The notes below the pieces were generated by a model. That model made no database searches, had not been told where the DNA came from, and worked only from the letters and a program-made list of their open reading frames with translations. From positions 1,872 to 65,871 of the forward strand of contig JAOGVT010000006.1 in the NCBI GenBank assembly GCA_028110365.1: a DNA stretch of 64,000 bases. The letters run 5' to 3'. The position numbers and the translations under genes are program-made. This DNA comes from Flavobacteriales bacterium. GTDB lineage: Bacteria; Bacteroidota; Bacteroidia; Flavobacteriales; UBA7430. Each line of letters starts with the position of its first letter. Within the stretch, counting starts at the first letter, position 1. Shown here piece after piece: positions 20,503 through 29,012 of the stretch.

Positions 20503-20633
20503 AATAGTACATTTTAATTGTAGTGCCTTACAAGTATACAAAAAAATAACCAATGCACGCATTGATTATTTTGTTTATTTTTTAAATAAAATGCTTTTAC
20601 AAAAGTTATGGCTTAAAATTTAGCCAAAAAAAA

Positions 20634-20658
20634 ACCTGCATAAAGCAAGTTTTTTTTT
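20634..20658 (-). terminator. intrinsic terminator closing the long minus-strand dapF...CFBP gene string
   Basis: The plus strand reads A9-acctgc-ataaa-gcaagt-T8, a 6-bp stem with one mismatch. Read on the minus strand, the hairpin is followed by T9. It lies 24 nt after the stop of the last PPIase gene. Confidence 0.5.
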
Positions 20659-20681
20659 AAGTATTCAAAAGATATAAAATG

Positions 20682-21629
20682 TTACTTGACATCGACCAAT
20701 TCAACATCGAACTCTAAAGTTGCTTTAGCAGGAATAACAGGAGGATGACCTCTTTCTCCGTAAGCTAAATGGAACGGAATTATAAAAGTAGCTTTGCCAC
20801 CTACTTTAAGTAGCGCAATTCCTTCATCCCAACCTTTAATAACCATACCAGCACCAAGTTTAAAGTCTATGGGCTCGCCTCGCTCAACAGAAGAGTCAAA
20901 TACGGTGCCGTCCATTAAACGACCGGTATAATGAACCGAAACAGTTTTACCAACAATAGCATCCATTCCGGTACCTAAAACTTCGTTTGCTACCATTAAG
21001 CCAGAAGCTGTAGTTTTAGCATTTGGGTATTTCGCTTCGATTTGCTTTTTTACAGCTAAAGCCGCAGCCTTTTCAGCTTCCTTTTGCTTAGACCCGAAAT
21101 TGTTAACCTCATTGGCAAAAACAGTAGCTGCATCAAATGCAGTAGCTGCAGCTCCTACTCTTTGAATATGTATGGACTCAAGAACATCGTCTTGAGCAAT
21201 AGAATTTACGACATCCATACCATCAATTACGTTTCCAAAAACAGTGTGTTTGTTGTCTAACCAATCGGTTGCAATGTGCGTAATAAAAAATTGCGAACCG
21301 TTAGTGCCAGGACCAGCATTTGCCATAGATAAAACCCCAGGGCCAACATGCTTTAAATCTGGATGAAACTCATCTGGAAAATCATAACCAGGACCACCAA
21401 TACCAGAACCCTTAGGGCAGCCACCTTGCACCATAAAATCAGCTATAACTCGGTGAAAAACCAATCCATCATAGTAAGGCACTCCATCTTCTTTTTCTTT
21501 GTTTGGAATACTCCCCTCAGCTAAACCAACAAAATTGGCTACTGTCATTGGGCATTTCTCAAACTCTAAAGCTAGAGAAACGCTTCCCTTGCTTGTTTTA
21601 ATTTCGGCGTATAATCCGTCCTTCATCAA
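20682..21629 (-). CDS. dual-family immunophilin: cyclophilin-type PPIase fused to FKBP-type PPIase (cytosolic form, no signal peptide)
   Basis: N-terminal cyclophilin ([53 protein letters not shown]). C-terminal FKBP ([34 protein letters not shown]......GGK....IP..LAYGE). Confidence 0.85.
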   Translation of the reverse strand: MMKDGLYAEIKTSKGSVSLALEFEKCPMTVANFVGLAEGSIPNKEKEDGVPYYDGLVFHRVIADFMVQGGCPKGSGIGGPGYDFPDEFHPDLKHVGPGVLSMANAGPGTNGSQFFITHIATDWLDNKHTVFGNVIDGMDVVNSIAQDDVLESIHIQRVGAAATAFDAATVFANEVNNFGSKQKEAEKAAALAVKKQIEAKYPNAKTTASGLMVANEVLGTGMDAIVGKTVSVHYTGRLMDGTVFDSSVERGEPIDFKLGAGMVIKGWDEGIALLKVGGKATFIIPFHLAYGERGHPPVIPAKATLEFDVELVDVK

Positions 21630-21634
21630 TGTAA

Positions 21635-22705
21635 TTATTTAGCAATTTCAATTAATTCTACTTCAAAAATTAAGGTTGCATTAGGCGGAATAACACCACC
21701 AGCACCTTTAGCTCCGTATGCGAGTTGCGATGGAATAATCAAAGTAGCTTTTCCTCCAACAGAAAGTAAAGCAATACCTTCATCCCATCCAGGAATAACT
21801 CTTCCAACACCTATTGGAAATTCTATTGGCTGACCTCTTTCTACAGAAGAATCGAATACTGTACCATCGGTTAAACTTCCGGTGTAATGAACTTTTACCG
21901 TTTGAGAAGCCTGAGGTTTTTCACCATTCCCTTCTTGGTTCATTTTATAAAACAAGCCACTTGGTGTTTCAGTATATCCTTCAGTTAGTTTAGCCAACTC
22001 TTCAAGAGCAGCTTCTTTCGCTAAGAGTTCTTTTGCGGCTGCTTCTGCTTGAACTTGTACAAATACTTTTTCTGCATCGAACTTTTTAGCCAAACGTCCA
22101 TTTCTAATAATTGAAACAGAAATGATAGTATCGGAAGTTTGTATTAAATTAACTACATCTTGAGATACAGAATCTATAACATGACCAAATATTGAATGTT
22201 TCCCGTCCAACCATGGTGTTTCTTTGTGTGTGATAAAAAACTGAGAACCGTTGGTTGCTGCACCGGAGTTAGCCATAGACAATACACCAGGACCAGCATG
22301 CTTTAAATCTGGATGAAATTCATCAGCAAATTTGTAGCCAGGATCACCTGAACCTGTTCCTTGAGGACAACCCCCTTGAACCATAAAATCTTTTATAACT
22401 CGGTGAAAAACCAATCCATCATAATAAGGAATACCAACTTCTTTTTCATCATTTACTTTGGTTCCTTCTGCTAAACCAACAAAGTTAGCTACAGTTAAAG
22501 GAGTTCTTTGGAATTCGAGCACTAAATTAACTGTACCTCTATTGGTGTTAATTTGAGCAAACATCCCTTTGTCTTTTATAGAAGTAGGATTTAAAATTTC
22601 AACTACTTTTTCTACTGCCTCAGTAGAGGGTTGGTCTGACTTAGAAACACAGGATTGAGCACTTAAGCCAAATATCAATCCACATACAAGAATTAATTTT
22701 TTCAT
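21635..22705 (-). CDS. dual-family immunophilin: cyclophilin-FKBP fusion, exported/lipoprotein form
   Basis: Same two-domain architecture as the downstream paralogue, plus the lipoprotein-type signal [19 protein letters not shown]. Stretches of about 30 nt are identical to the paralogue (for example ataactcggtgaaaaaccaatccatcata). Confidence 0.85.
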   Translation of the reverse strand: MKKLILVCGLIFGLSAQSCVSKSDQPSTEAVEKVVEILNPTSIKDKGMFAQINTNRGTVNLVLEFQRTPLTVANFVGLAEGTKVNDEKEVGIPYYDGLVFHRVIKDFMVQGGCPQGTGSGDPGYKFADEFHPDLKHAGPGVLSMANSGAATNGSQFFITHKETPWLDGKHSIFGHVIDSVSQDVVNLIQTSDTIISVSIIRNGRLAKKFDAEKVFVQVQAEAAAKELLAKEAALEELAKLTEGYTETPSGLFYKMNQEGNGEKPQASQTVKVHYTGSLTDGTVFDSSVERGQPIEFPIGVGRVIPGWDEGIALLSVGGKATLIIPSQLAYGAKGAGGVIPPNATLIFEVELIEIAK

Positions 22706-22749
22706 TTTGAGTTTAATTTAATTACTGAATTTACTTTTATGATTCTTTG

Positions 22750-22757
22750 CAAAGATA
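22750..22757 (-). promoter_or_regulatory. candidate -7 box (TATCTTTG on the minus strand) upstream of the exported CFBP gene
   Basis: Plus-strand caaagata is minus-strand TATCTTTG, an exact TAnnTTTG match, 45 nt upstream of the ATG at 22705, inside the 89-nt gap after nrnA. It sits within a 10-bp palindrome, ctttgcaaag. Confidence 0.35.
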
Positions 22758-22794
22758 CTTTTTTATGAAAACCTGTAAAACAGTTTAACAAAGT

Positions 22795-23814
22795 TTAGCA
22801 ATTGGCTAAAAGCTCTTCCTTAAAATTAGGCAATATCTTTTTAAATTTTGCAATTGCGTCTTCCATCGATCCCTCAAATGCGCCACCAGCAGCATTTACA
22901 TGTCCACCTCCTCCGAAATGCTCTTTAGACAAGAGGTTGGCTCTAAACTGATTAATGCTCCGAAAAGATATTTTAACCAAATCCTCGTGTTTTACAAAAA
23001 AGGCGGTAAACACAACGCCTTCTATAGATAGGGCATAATTAACAAAACCCTCTGTATCGCCCTTCTGAAAGCTGAAACGCTCTAATTCCTCTCTTGTAAG
23101 ACTCATTATGGCTGTATGGTATTCTGGTAAAACTTCAAGTTTCTCACTTAAGCAATATCCCAGCAACTTTAAGCGACTTTCTTTATTGGTATCAAAAAGT
23201 GTTTGATGAACTTTGGCATGATCCAAGCCTAAATCTATGAGTTTAGCTACAATTTCATGCGTTCTTTTATCCACAGAAGAAAACCGGAATGAGCCTGTAT
23301 CTGTAACCATACCAGTATAGATACATTTGGCAACATCTACGGATAAATAGTTAGACCAGTCCATTAGTTCAATAAATTCAAATACAAGCTGACATGTAGA
23401 GCAAACACTTGGAACTGAAAAAGTAAAATCTGCAAAATCTTTAGGTTCCTGATGGTGATCAATCATAACTTTTAAGGCAGTAGATGCTTCTAATGAAGAA
23501 CACATCATATCGGTTCTGCGCAAGTCATTATAGTCTAAACAAAACAGTAAATCTGCCTGAGCTAAAATCTCATTGGCTTCAACTTCGTTGCCTTCGTATT
23601 CTAAAACAGCCTCATTACTTGGCAGCCAATGTAAAAAATTAGGGTAACTATTCGGTACAATTACCTTAACAGCATAGTTTTGTGCAAGTAATACTTGATA
23701 TAAAGCAAGACTGGAGCCCATAGCATCGCCATCTGGACCACGATGCGTAGTTATTACAATGGTTGGTTTTTTGGCAAGCTGTGCCTGTAATTCTGAATAA
23801 TCGAAATCTCTCAT
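22795..23814 (-). CDS. nrnA: DHH/DHHA1-family phosphoesterase (NrnA-like oligoribonuclease / pAp phosphatase)
   Basis: Motifs ITTHRGPDGDAMGS, CLDYN, MIDHHQ, GMVTDTGSFRF, and GGGGHVNAAGG. Confidence 0.8.
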   Translation of the reverse strand: MRDFDYSELQAQLAKKPTIVITTHRGPDGDAMGSSLALYQVLLAQNYAVKVIVPNSYPNFLHWLPSNEAVLEYEGNEVEANEILAQADLLFCLDYNDLRRTDMMCSSLEASTALKVMIDHHQEPKDFADFTFSVPSVCSTCQLVFEFIELMDWSNYLSVDVAKCIYTGMVTDTGSFRFSSVDKRTHEIVAKLIDLGLDHAKVHQTLFDTNKESRLKLLGYCLSEKLEVLPEYHTAIMSLTREELERFSFQKGDTEGFVNYALSIEGVVFTAFFVKHEDLVKISFRSINQFRANLLSKEHFGGGGHVNAAGGAFEGSMEDAIAKFKKILPNFKEELLANC

Positions 23815-23865
23815 AGTTTGCGAAATTAACGAAAGCTACTAAATAAATACGTATGCTTAAGGGAA

Positions 23866-24651
23866 TTAATCAATACGAATTTCACTTGCGCCCATTCCAT
23901 AAAGTTTGGCATCTGCTGGTCCTACTTTGATGTTTGGAAACTGCGCTAAATAATTATAAATCTCTTGTTTTAAAACACCTTTACCAACCCCATGAATAAC
24001 CACCAAAAAGGGTTCATTGTCTTTTAAGGCTTCATGAAATCTTTCTCTAAAATAAGTAAGCTGAATGGTTACTATTTCAAAATTAGACAAGCCTCTACAG
24101 GAATCTAATATAGATTCCATATGCAAATCGACTTCATTATGCTGGAAATACTTTGGCGAACTTTTGTGTGGAGTTGAAAATAAAGGTTTCTCTCTGTTAA
24201 GATCCTTCTTAATTTTACTTTTTATGTCCTTAGGGTTTACTGAAAAGTCCTCGAGCCATATTTTTTCTATTTCTAAACGATTTGCAGGGATAGAAAATCC
24301 ATCTTCCAATTCAACTTCATAATCGAACGGCGAATTGATCGCTATAATTTTACCTTTCGTATTGTCGCTCATAAAGCTAACAGTATCGCCAACACTTAAC
24401 TTTTTTGAGGTCTCATACTCTTTTTTAAGATCAGGTAGTTCATCCATTTTTTTATCTTCCTTCTTAATGGGAAACATATGCTTGCCCGCAACTTTAGGAA
24501 TAAATGATACTTTAATAATCTCGCGCGATGAAACATCCATTTCAATACCATTGCATTCTACAACAACATGAGAATCATTTAGCACAGATAGCACAATGCC
24601 ATGAAGTGGCTCATTTAAAAACGAAACTTTATCTCCAGCTCTAAATTCCAT
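23866..24651 (-). CDS. Smr (MutS2 C-terminal-like) domain protein
   Basis: C-terminal Smr-like region: EVDLHMESI...LVVIHGVGKGVLKQEIYNYL. The N-terminal half resembles the Bacteroidota-specific domain usually found in front of it. The start overlaps the mltG stop (TAATG). Confidence 0.7.
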   Translation of the reverse strand: MEFRAGDKVSFLNEPLHGIVLSVLNDSHVVVECNGIEMDVSSREIIKVSFIPKVAGKHMFPIKKEDKKMDELPDLKKEYETSKKLSVGDTVSFMSDNTKGKIIAINSPFDYEVELEDGFSIPANRLEIEKIWLEDFSVNPKDIKSKIKKDLNREKPLFSTPHKSSPKYFQHNEVDLHMESILDSCRGLSNFEIVTIQLTYFRERFHEALKDNEPFLVVIHGVGKGVLKQEIYNYLAQFPNIKVGPADAKLYGMGASEIRID

Positions 24652-25682
24652 TAGCGTAAAACTCCTTTATTAGTCAGTGCTTTTTGAAAACGTTTGGCAT
24701 TTCGTTTGTGTTCTGACCATGATTTTGTAAAGTTGTGATAGCCTGAAAAGTCTTCTTTGGCACACATATAAACATAACTGTGTTTTGAAGCATTTAACAC
24801 CGCAATAAGTGCAGACATTTCTGGTATGCAGATAGGGTTGGGAGGAAGTCCTTTGTGGTAATAGGTATTGTAGGGAGAGTTAATTTTCAAATCCTTCTTG
24901 AGCACTCTCTTAATGGTCTTATCAAAACTATCCCGTTCATTTAAAGCATAGATTACAGTTGGATCAGACTGCAACTTTATATCCATTTTTAAACGATTTA
25001 AATACAGTCCTGCAACTATGGGCTGTTCGTCTATTTTGGCAGTTTCTTTTTGAACAATAGAAGCCAATACAGATACTTGGTGCGCTGTTAAACCCAAGCT
25101 CTTTGCTTTAGCCAAACGATTATCAGTCCAAAATTTAGTGTATTCTTTTTGCATCCGCTCCAAAAAATCAACAGGAGTTATAGTCCAATAAACCTCGTAG
25201 GTATTGGGTATAAATAATTTTCGAGATGAAGACTCGTCCAAGTTGTAGGTAGAAAAAAACAAGTCACTTTTAAAGGCACTTATCAGAGCTAGAGAATCAG
25301 CTTGAATTTGGCTGGCTAATTTACCCGCTAAGTCTTCTAAGGTAGATGCGTTGTTAAAAATAATATTTAATGGTTTTTGAGCGCCCAAACGAAGCATATT
25401 TACCATGGAATTTAAATTCGTGTGCGACTTAACCAGATAGCGGCCGGGCTTTACCTTGGTGAATTTTTTCTGTTCACAGAAAAACTGAAAAAAAGTATGA
25501 TTTTTAAGCAATCCGTGCTGAGCTAAACTATCTTTAAGTGCACTAAAACTAGTCTCATTTGGTAGGAGTAAAACTTGGTCTTTACCTGAGATTGGCTCAA
25601 AAACCTGTTGGTAAGTTAAGTAGCTTGACAGCGTGAGTATCATAACAATTATAACACTGCTGAGGGTAAGAATTTTTTTCAT
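24651..25682 (-). CDS. mltG: endolytic murein transglycosylase (YceG-like)
   Basis: N-terminal membrane anchor. YceG motifs PNTYEVYW, LASIVQKETA, LQSDPTVIYA, SPYNTYYHKGLPPNPICIPEMSAL. Confidence 0.85.
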   Translation of the reverse strand: MKKILTLSSVIIVMILTLSSYLTYQQVFEPISGKDQVLLLPNETSFSALKDSLAQHGLLKNHTFFQFFCEQKKFTKVKPGRYLVKSHTNLNSMVNMLRLGAQKPLNIIFNNASTLEDLAGKLASQIQADSLALISAFKSDLFFSTYNLDESSSRKLFIPNTYEVYWTITPVDFLERMQKEYTKFWTDNRLAKAKSLGLTAHQVSVLASIVQKETAKIDEQPIVAGLYLNRLKMDIKLQSDPTVIYALNERDSFDKTIKRVLKKDLKINSPYNTYYHKGLPPNPICIPEMSALIAVLNASKHSYVYMCAKEDFSGYHNFTKSWSEHKRNAKRFQKALTNKGVLR

Positions 25683-27595
25683 TTAATCTGGTTCAGTAAT
25701 TGTTGTGCTCTTTTATGATTTGGTTTAATTCTGAGCACTTGTGACAATGAGTTCTGCGCACTCTCAATGTTTTGAAAATGCAAATAATAAGCAGCCAAAT
25801 TCATCCATAATTGAACGATATCAGGATTCAAAGCTATGCCTTTTTCGTACATAATTAACGCTAGATCAAATTCGCCTAGAATCGTGTATAAATAACCATA
25901 ATTGGCATATACTTTTTCGAAATTTGGATTTTCTAAACGAACAAATTCAAACACTTTCTGTGCCTCTTTTAATCGATTGCACTTGAGCAAAGCCATCCCA
26001 AATTTATTCTGAATTTCTAAATGAAAGGGGGCTAATAAAGATGCCTGTTCAAAACAAACAGAAGCCTTCTCATAGTTTTTTGTTTTGTAATAAGACTCTC
26101 CTACTCTGTACCACGACCATGCATCGTCATTTGTATAGGACCGTTTGTTTAATTGATTGCTTCGGCTTTCAAAGGATGCTCTTTCAAACCAATTAACCAA
26201 ACCGTTAAAATCAAGCGAAAAAAAGTAGAATTTAATCCACTCACTTGTACACATTTCTAGCGGTATTTTAGATAAGTAGACAAAGGCAGAATCCAGATAA
26301 TAGTTTTCTTTCTCAAATTTCTCATATTGCTGTAAATAAGCCCTAAGAATAGTTAGATCTGACGGCGAGCTGTTATTGACACAATAAAGGCCTATAAACT
26401 CTTTAACCGATTTGGACTCGGAAAGGCTCATGTGCTGAGTGATTGCAATTTTATGATCTGTTACAGTTACATGAGGAATGTCGGTGGAGCCGGATTTTGG
26501 CATATGACAAGAAACACAGTCGTCTCCTTGTTCATTTTCGTGTTCTTTTAAATCAGAGTGACAAGAATAACAAGCATTTTTATACACAACTTTAGGCGTT
26601 GCATTAATACTAAGATGGGGGTTATGACAAGTTATGCAAGTAAGTTCATCGTTCGATTTTATAAAGCACTGACTCATCTTTAATCGATCTACATGCGAAG
26701 CCATAATAAAACGCTCGTCATCTTTAAAACGAGGTAAAAAAACGTTCATCACATCGTCTAATTTCATTCCAGGCTTAAAATCGAAAAAAGATTTATCTTC
26801 TTCTAAAACTGTATTCCCTTGCAAATGACATCGAGAACAGATATCAAACTGCAGATCTGGAGATAACTTTCCAGGATTTACAATCGTGTAATCAATAAAT
26901 TTTGAGGTATCCACAAGAATGCCTTTCATTTTTTCTGAAACATGAATTTCACCTGGACCATGACAACGCTCGCATGAAATACCTAAAGGAACCTCTTCGA
27001 ATTTATTTTCTGAACCCAACACAAACTTAGGAAGTGAGTTATGGCAAGACATGCACTCTAAACCGATTTTACGATTAAAACGAGTATTAAATCCACCTTC
27101 AAATCCAGGAGGTAAATCTAATCTACCTTCTTGTGTATAATACGTAAAGGGCAGTTGGTGCAGGTAACCATTCTCATTTGATATGTGAGAATTTGTATGC
27201 TGACCAGATCCAATAATATAAGCTGCAGATTCTGTTCGCTTGTGAACAGTATCTCCGTTTGCAATTCGATATTCATTTACCAGTAAACTATCCTCTTTCC
27301 ATAAAGGATGGTAATACAAATCAGAATGCGCATCATACAAAACAGAGTCTTTATGAAAAGTAGCCGAACTTTTTGTGCGATTGGCCAATCCAAAGGACAA
27401 GCCCATACCGGTATGCGAAAAGGTTTTATGCTTGTCGTAATGGCAGCTTTTACAAGTCTCAGCGCCAACATAATCAACCGAGTCAGCTAAATTTAAATAG
27501 TTCTTTTTTGGAATTTCTTGAACACATGAAAACTGTGTACTGAACATCAGTACTAAAAATAAACTGGCTATACTATTTGTTAGTCTGTATTTCAA
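25679..27595 (-). CDS. multihaem (7 x CXXCH) c-type cytochrome fused to a C-terminal TPR domain; predicted lipoprotein/exported
   Basis: TTG start 1 nt after the GNAT stop. Signal/lipobox LFLVLMFSTQFSC. Motifs CKSCH, CMSCH, CERCH, CSRCH, CITCH, CYSCH and CVSCH. TPR-like repeats in the last ~200 aa. The TGA overlaps the mltG ATG (ATGA). Confidence 0.75.
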   Translation of the reverse strand: MKYRLTNSIASLFLVLMFSTQFSCVQEIPKKNYLNLADSVDYVGAETCKSCHYDKHKTFSHTGMGLSFGLANRTKSSATFHKDSVLYDAHSDLYYHPLWKEDSLLVNEYRIANGDTVHKRTESAAYIIGSGQHTNSHISNENGYLHQLPFTYYTQEGRLDLPPGFEGGFNTRFNRKIGLECMSCHNSLPKFVLGSENKFEEVPLGISCERCHGPGEIHVSEKMKGILVDTSKFIDYTIVNPGKLSPDLQFDICSRCHLQGNTVLEEDKSFFDFKPGMKLDDVMNVFLPRFKDDERFIMASHVDRLKMSQCFIKSNDELTCITCHNPHLSINATPKVVYKNACYSCHSDLKEHENEQGDDCVSCHMPKSGSTDIPHVTVTDHKIAITQHMSLSESKSVKEFIGLYCVNNSSPSDLTILRAYLQQYEKFEKENYYLDSAFVYLSKIPLEMCTSEWIKFYFFSLDFNGLVNWFERASFESRSNQLNKRSYTNDDAWSWYRVGESYYKTKNYEKASVCFEQASLLAPFHLEIQNKFGMALLKCNRLKEAQKVFEFVRLENPNFEKVYANYGYLYTILGEFDLALIMYEKGIALNPDIVQLWMNLAAYYLHFQNIESAQNSLSQVLRIKPNHKRAQQLLNQIK

Positions 27596-27596
27596 A

Positions 27597-28109
27597 TTAG
27601 TTGTTAATCAGCTGAAATTCTACCACATCATGAAAAGCACCATTTCTAAAAGACCAATCTTTACGAACACCTATTTGATTGAATCCAGCAGACTCAAACA
27701 ATTTTAAACTTTTAACATTGTTTACACCAACAGAACAATAAAGTTGGTGCATACCAATTCTATTAAAGGCATAATCCTTCATCAAAGAAATTGCTTCGCG
27801 CGCAAAGCCTTGTTGCCTGTATTTTTTTTCTATAATAATACCTATGGCTGCTCGTCTGTCCACTGCATCATAATCAAACAGGTCCACACAACCAACTGCG
27901 TTACCTTTAAGATCTTCTAAAACAAAGCGATACTGTCCAGCTTGCTGAATATCTAGATGTGCTTGATCAATATATTTTTCAAGTATGTATTTGGAAAAAG
28001 GAACTTTAGATAAACTAACTTCATTTATTTCTAAATCATTTTCCCATAAAAATAGCATGGTTGCATCTTCGGGTTCTAAAGCTCTGTATTTTAACTGGAA
28101 ATTAGACAT
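27597..28109 (-). CDS. GNAT-family N-acetyltransferase
   Basis: Acetyl-CoA binding region IGIIIEKKYRQQGFAREAISLMKDYAF and a RimJ/SpeG-like layout. 8-nt overlap with dapF. Confidence 0.75.
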   Translation of the reverse strand: MSNFQLKYRALEPEDATMLFLWENDLEINEVSLSKVPFSKYILEKYIDQAHLDIQQAGQYRFVLEDLKGNAVGCVDLFDYDAVDRRAAIGIIIEKKYRQQGFAREAISLMKDYAFNRIGMHQLYCSVGVNNVKSLKLFESAGFNQIGVRKDWSFRNGAFHDVVEFQLINN

Positions 28110-28878
28110 CTATACTCCCTTTAAATACAAACTTGGCTGAACCGATCAATCTGATGTTTGTATATGTGTTTTCTAACTTTGAAAATAGCACTTCTAAATC
28201 ACCTCCCAAGGCGGTTAATCTTATAGGCTGAGGGGATATTAATCCAGATTCAAAAGCTGCAATTGCAGAAGCAACAGCTCCAGTTCCACATGCTAAAGTT
28301 TCATTCTCCACACCTCTTTCGTAGGTTCTAATTAATAACTTGTCTTTTAAAACTTTAACAAAGTTTACGTTTACCCCCTCCACAGCATAGGTTTTAGAAA
28401 ATCGAATTTCCGCACCCCTTTCTTGAACATTCAAGTCATCTAAAGAATTTTCGAAAAGGACAATATGAGGTGAACCTGTATTGAGAATAGTATCAGTATG
28501 GTAATTTTCTGGTACAGTGAGGTCTGACATCTGTAGCGCTACTTTTTCATTAGAAATGATTTCTGCATGATGCAAACCATCAAAAGCGTCAAAGGAGCAT
28601 GTTTTATCTACCAAACCTAATGCACTTGCAAAAGCAACAATACACCTACCTCCGTTGCCACACATACTGCCTATAGAGCCATCAGAATTGTAATAAATCA
28701 TTTCAAAATCTGAATTTACTGAGTTGCAAAGAAATACCAAACCGTCTGCACCAACGCCAAACTTACGATCACAAATAAGTGCTATTTGAGACTTAGATAG
28801 CTGAGGTCTGTTTGATCGATTGTCAATCATCACAAAGTCATTTCCAGCACCTTGGTATTTAAAAAATTTGATATTCAT
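28102..28878 (-). CDS. dapF: diaminopimelate epimerase
   Basis: FFKYQGAGNDFVMID, catalytic Cys regions YNSDGSIGSMCGNGGRC and ETLACGTGAVA. Start set at MNIKFFKY (M33 of the listed ORF). Confidence 0.9.
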   Translation of the reverse strand: MNIKFFKYQGAGNDFVMIDNRSNRPQLSKSQIALICDRKFGVGADGLVFLCNSVNSDFEMIYYNSDGSIGSMCGNGGRCIVAFASALGLVDKTCSFDAFDGLHHAEIISNEKVALQMSDLTVPENYHTDTILNTGSPHIVLFENSLDDLNVQERGAEIRFSKTYAVEGVNVNFVKVLKDKLLIRTYERGVENETLACGTGAVASAIAAFESGLISPQPIRLTALGGDLEVLFSKLENTYTNIRLIGSAKFVFKGSIDV

Positions 28879-29012
28879 TTTGTTTCTAATGTGTTTCACG
28901 AAATTAATATTAATTAACGGAATAACGTGCGGCATTTTTTTAAAAACAGAACAAAACATTAGATTATACACCAAGGCTACTATTTTGGATTTGTAAATTG
29001 TATTTTAGACCA

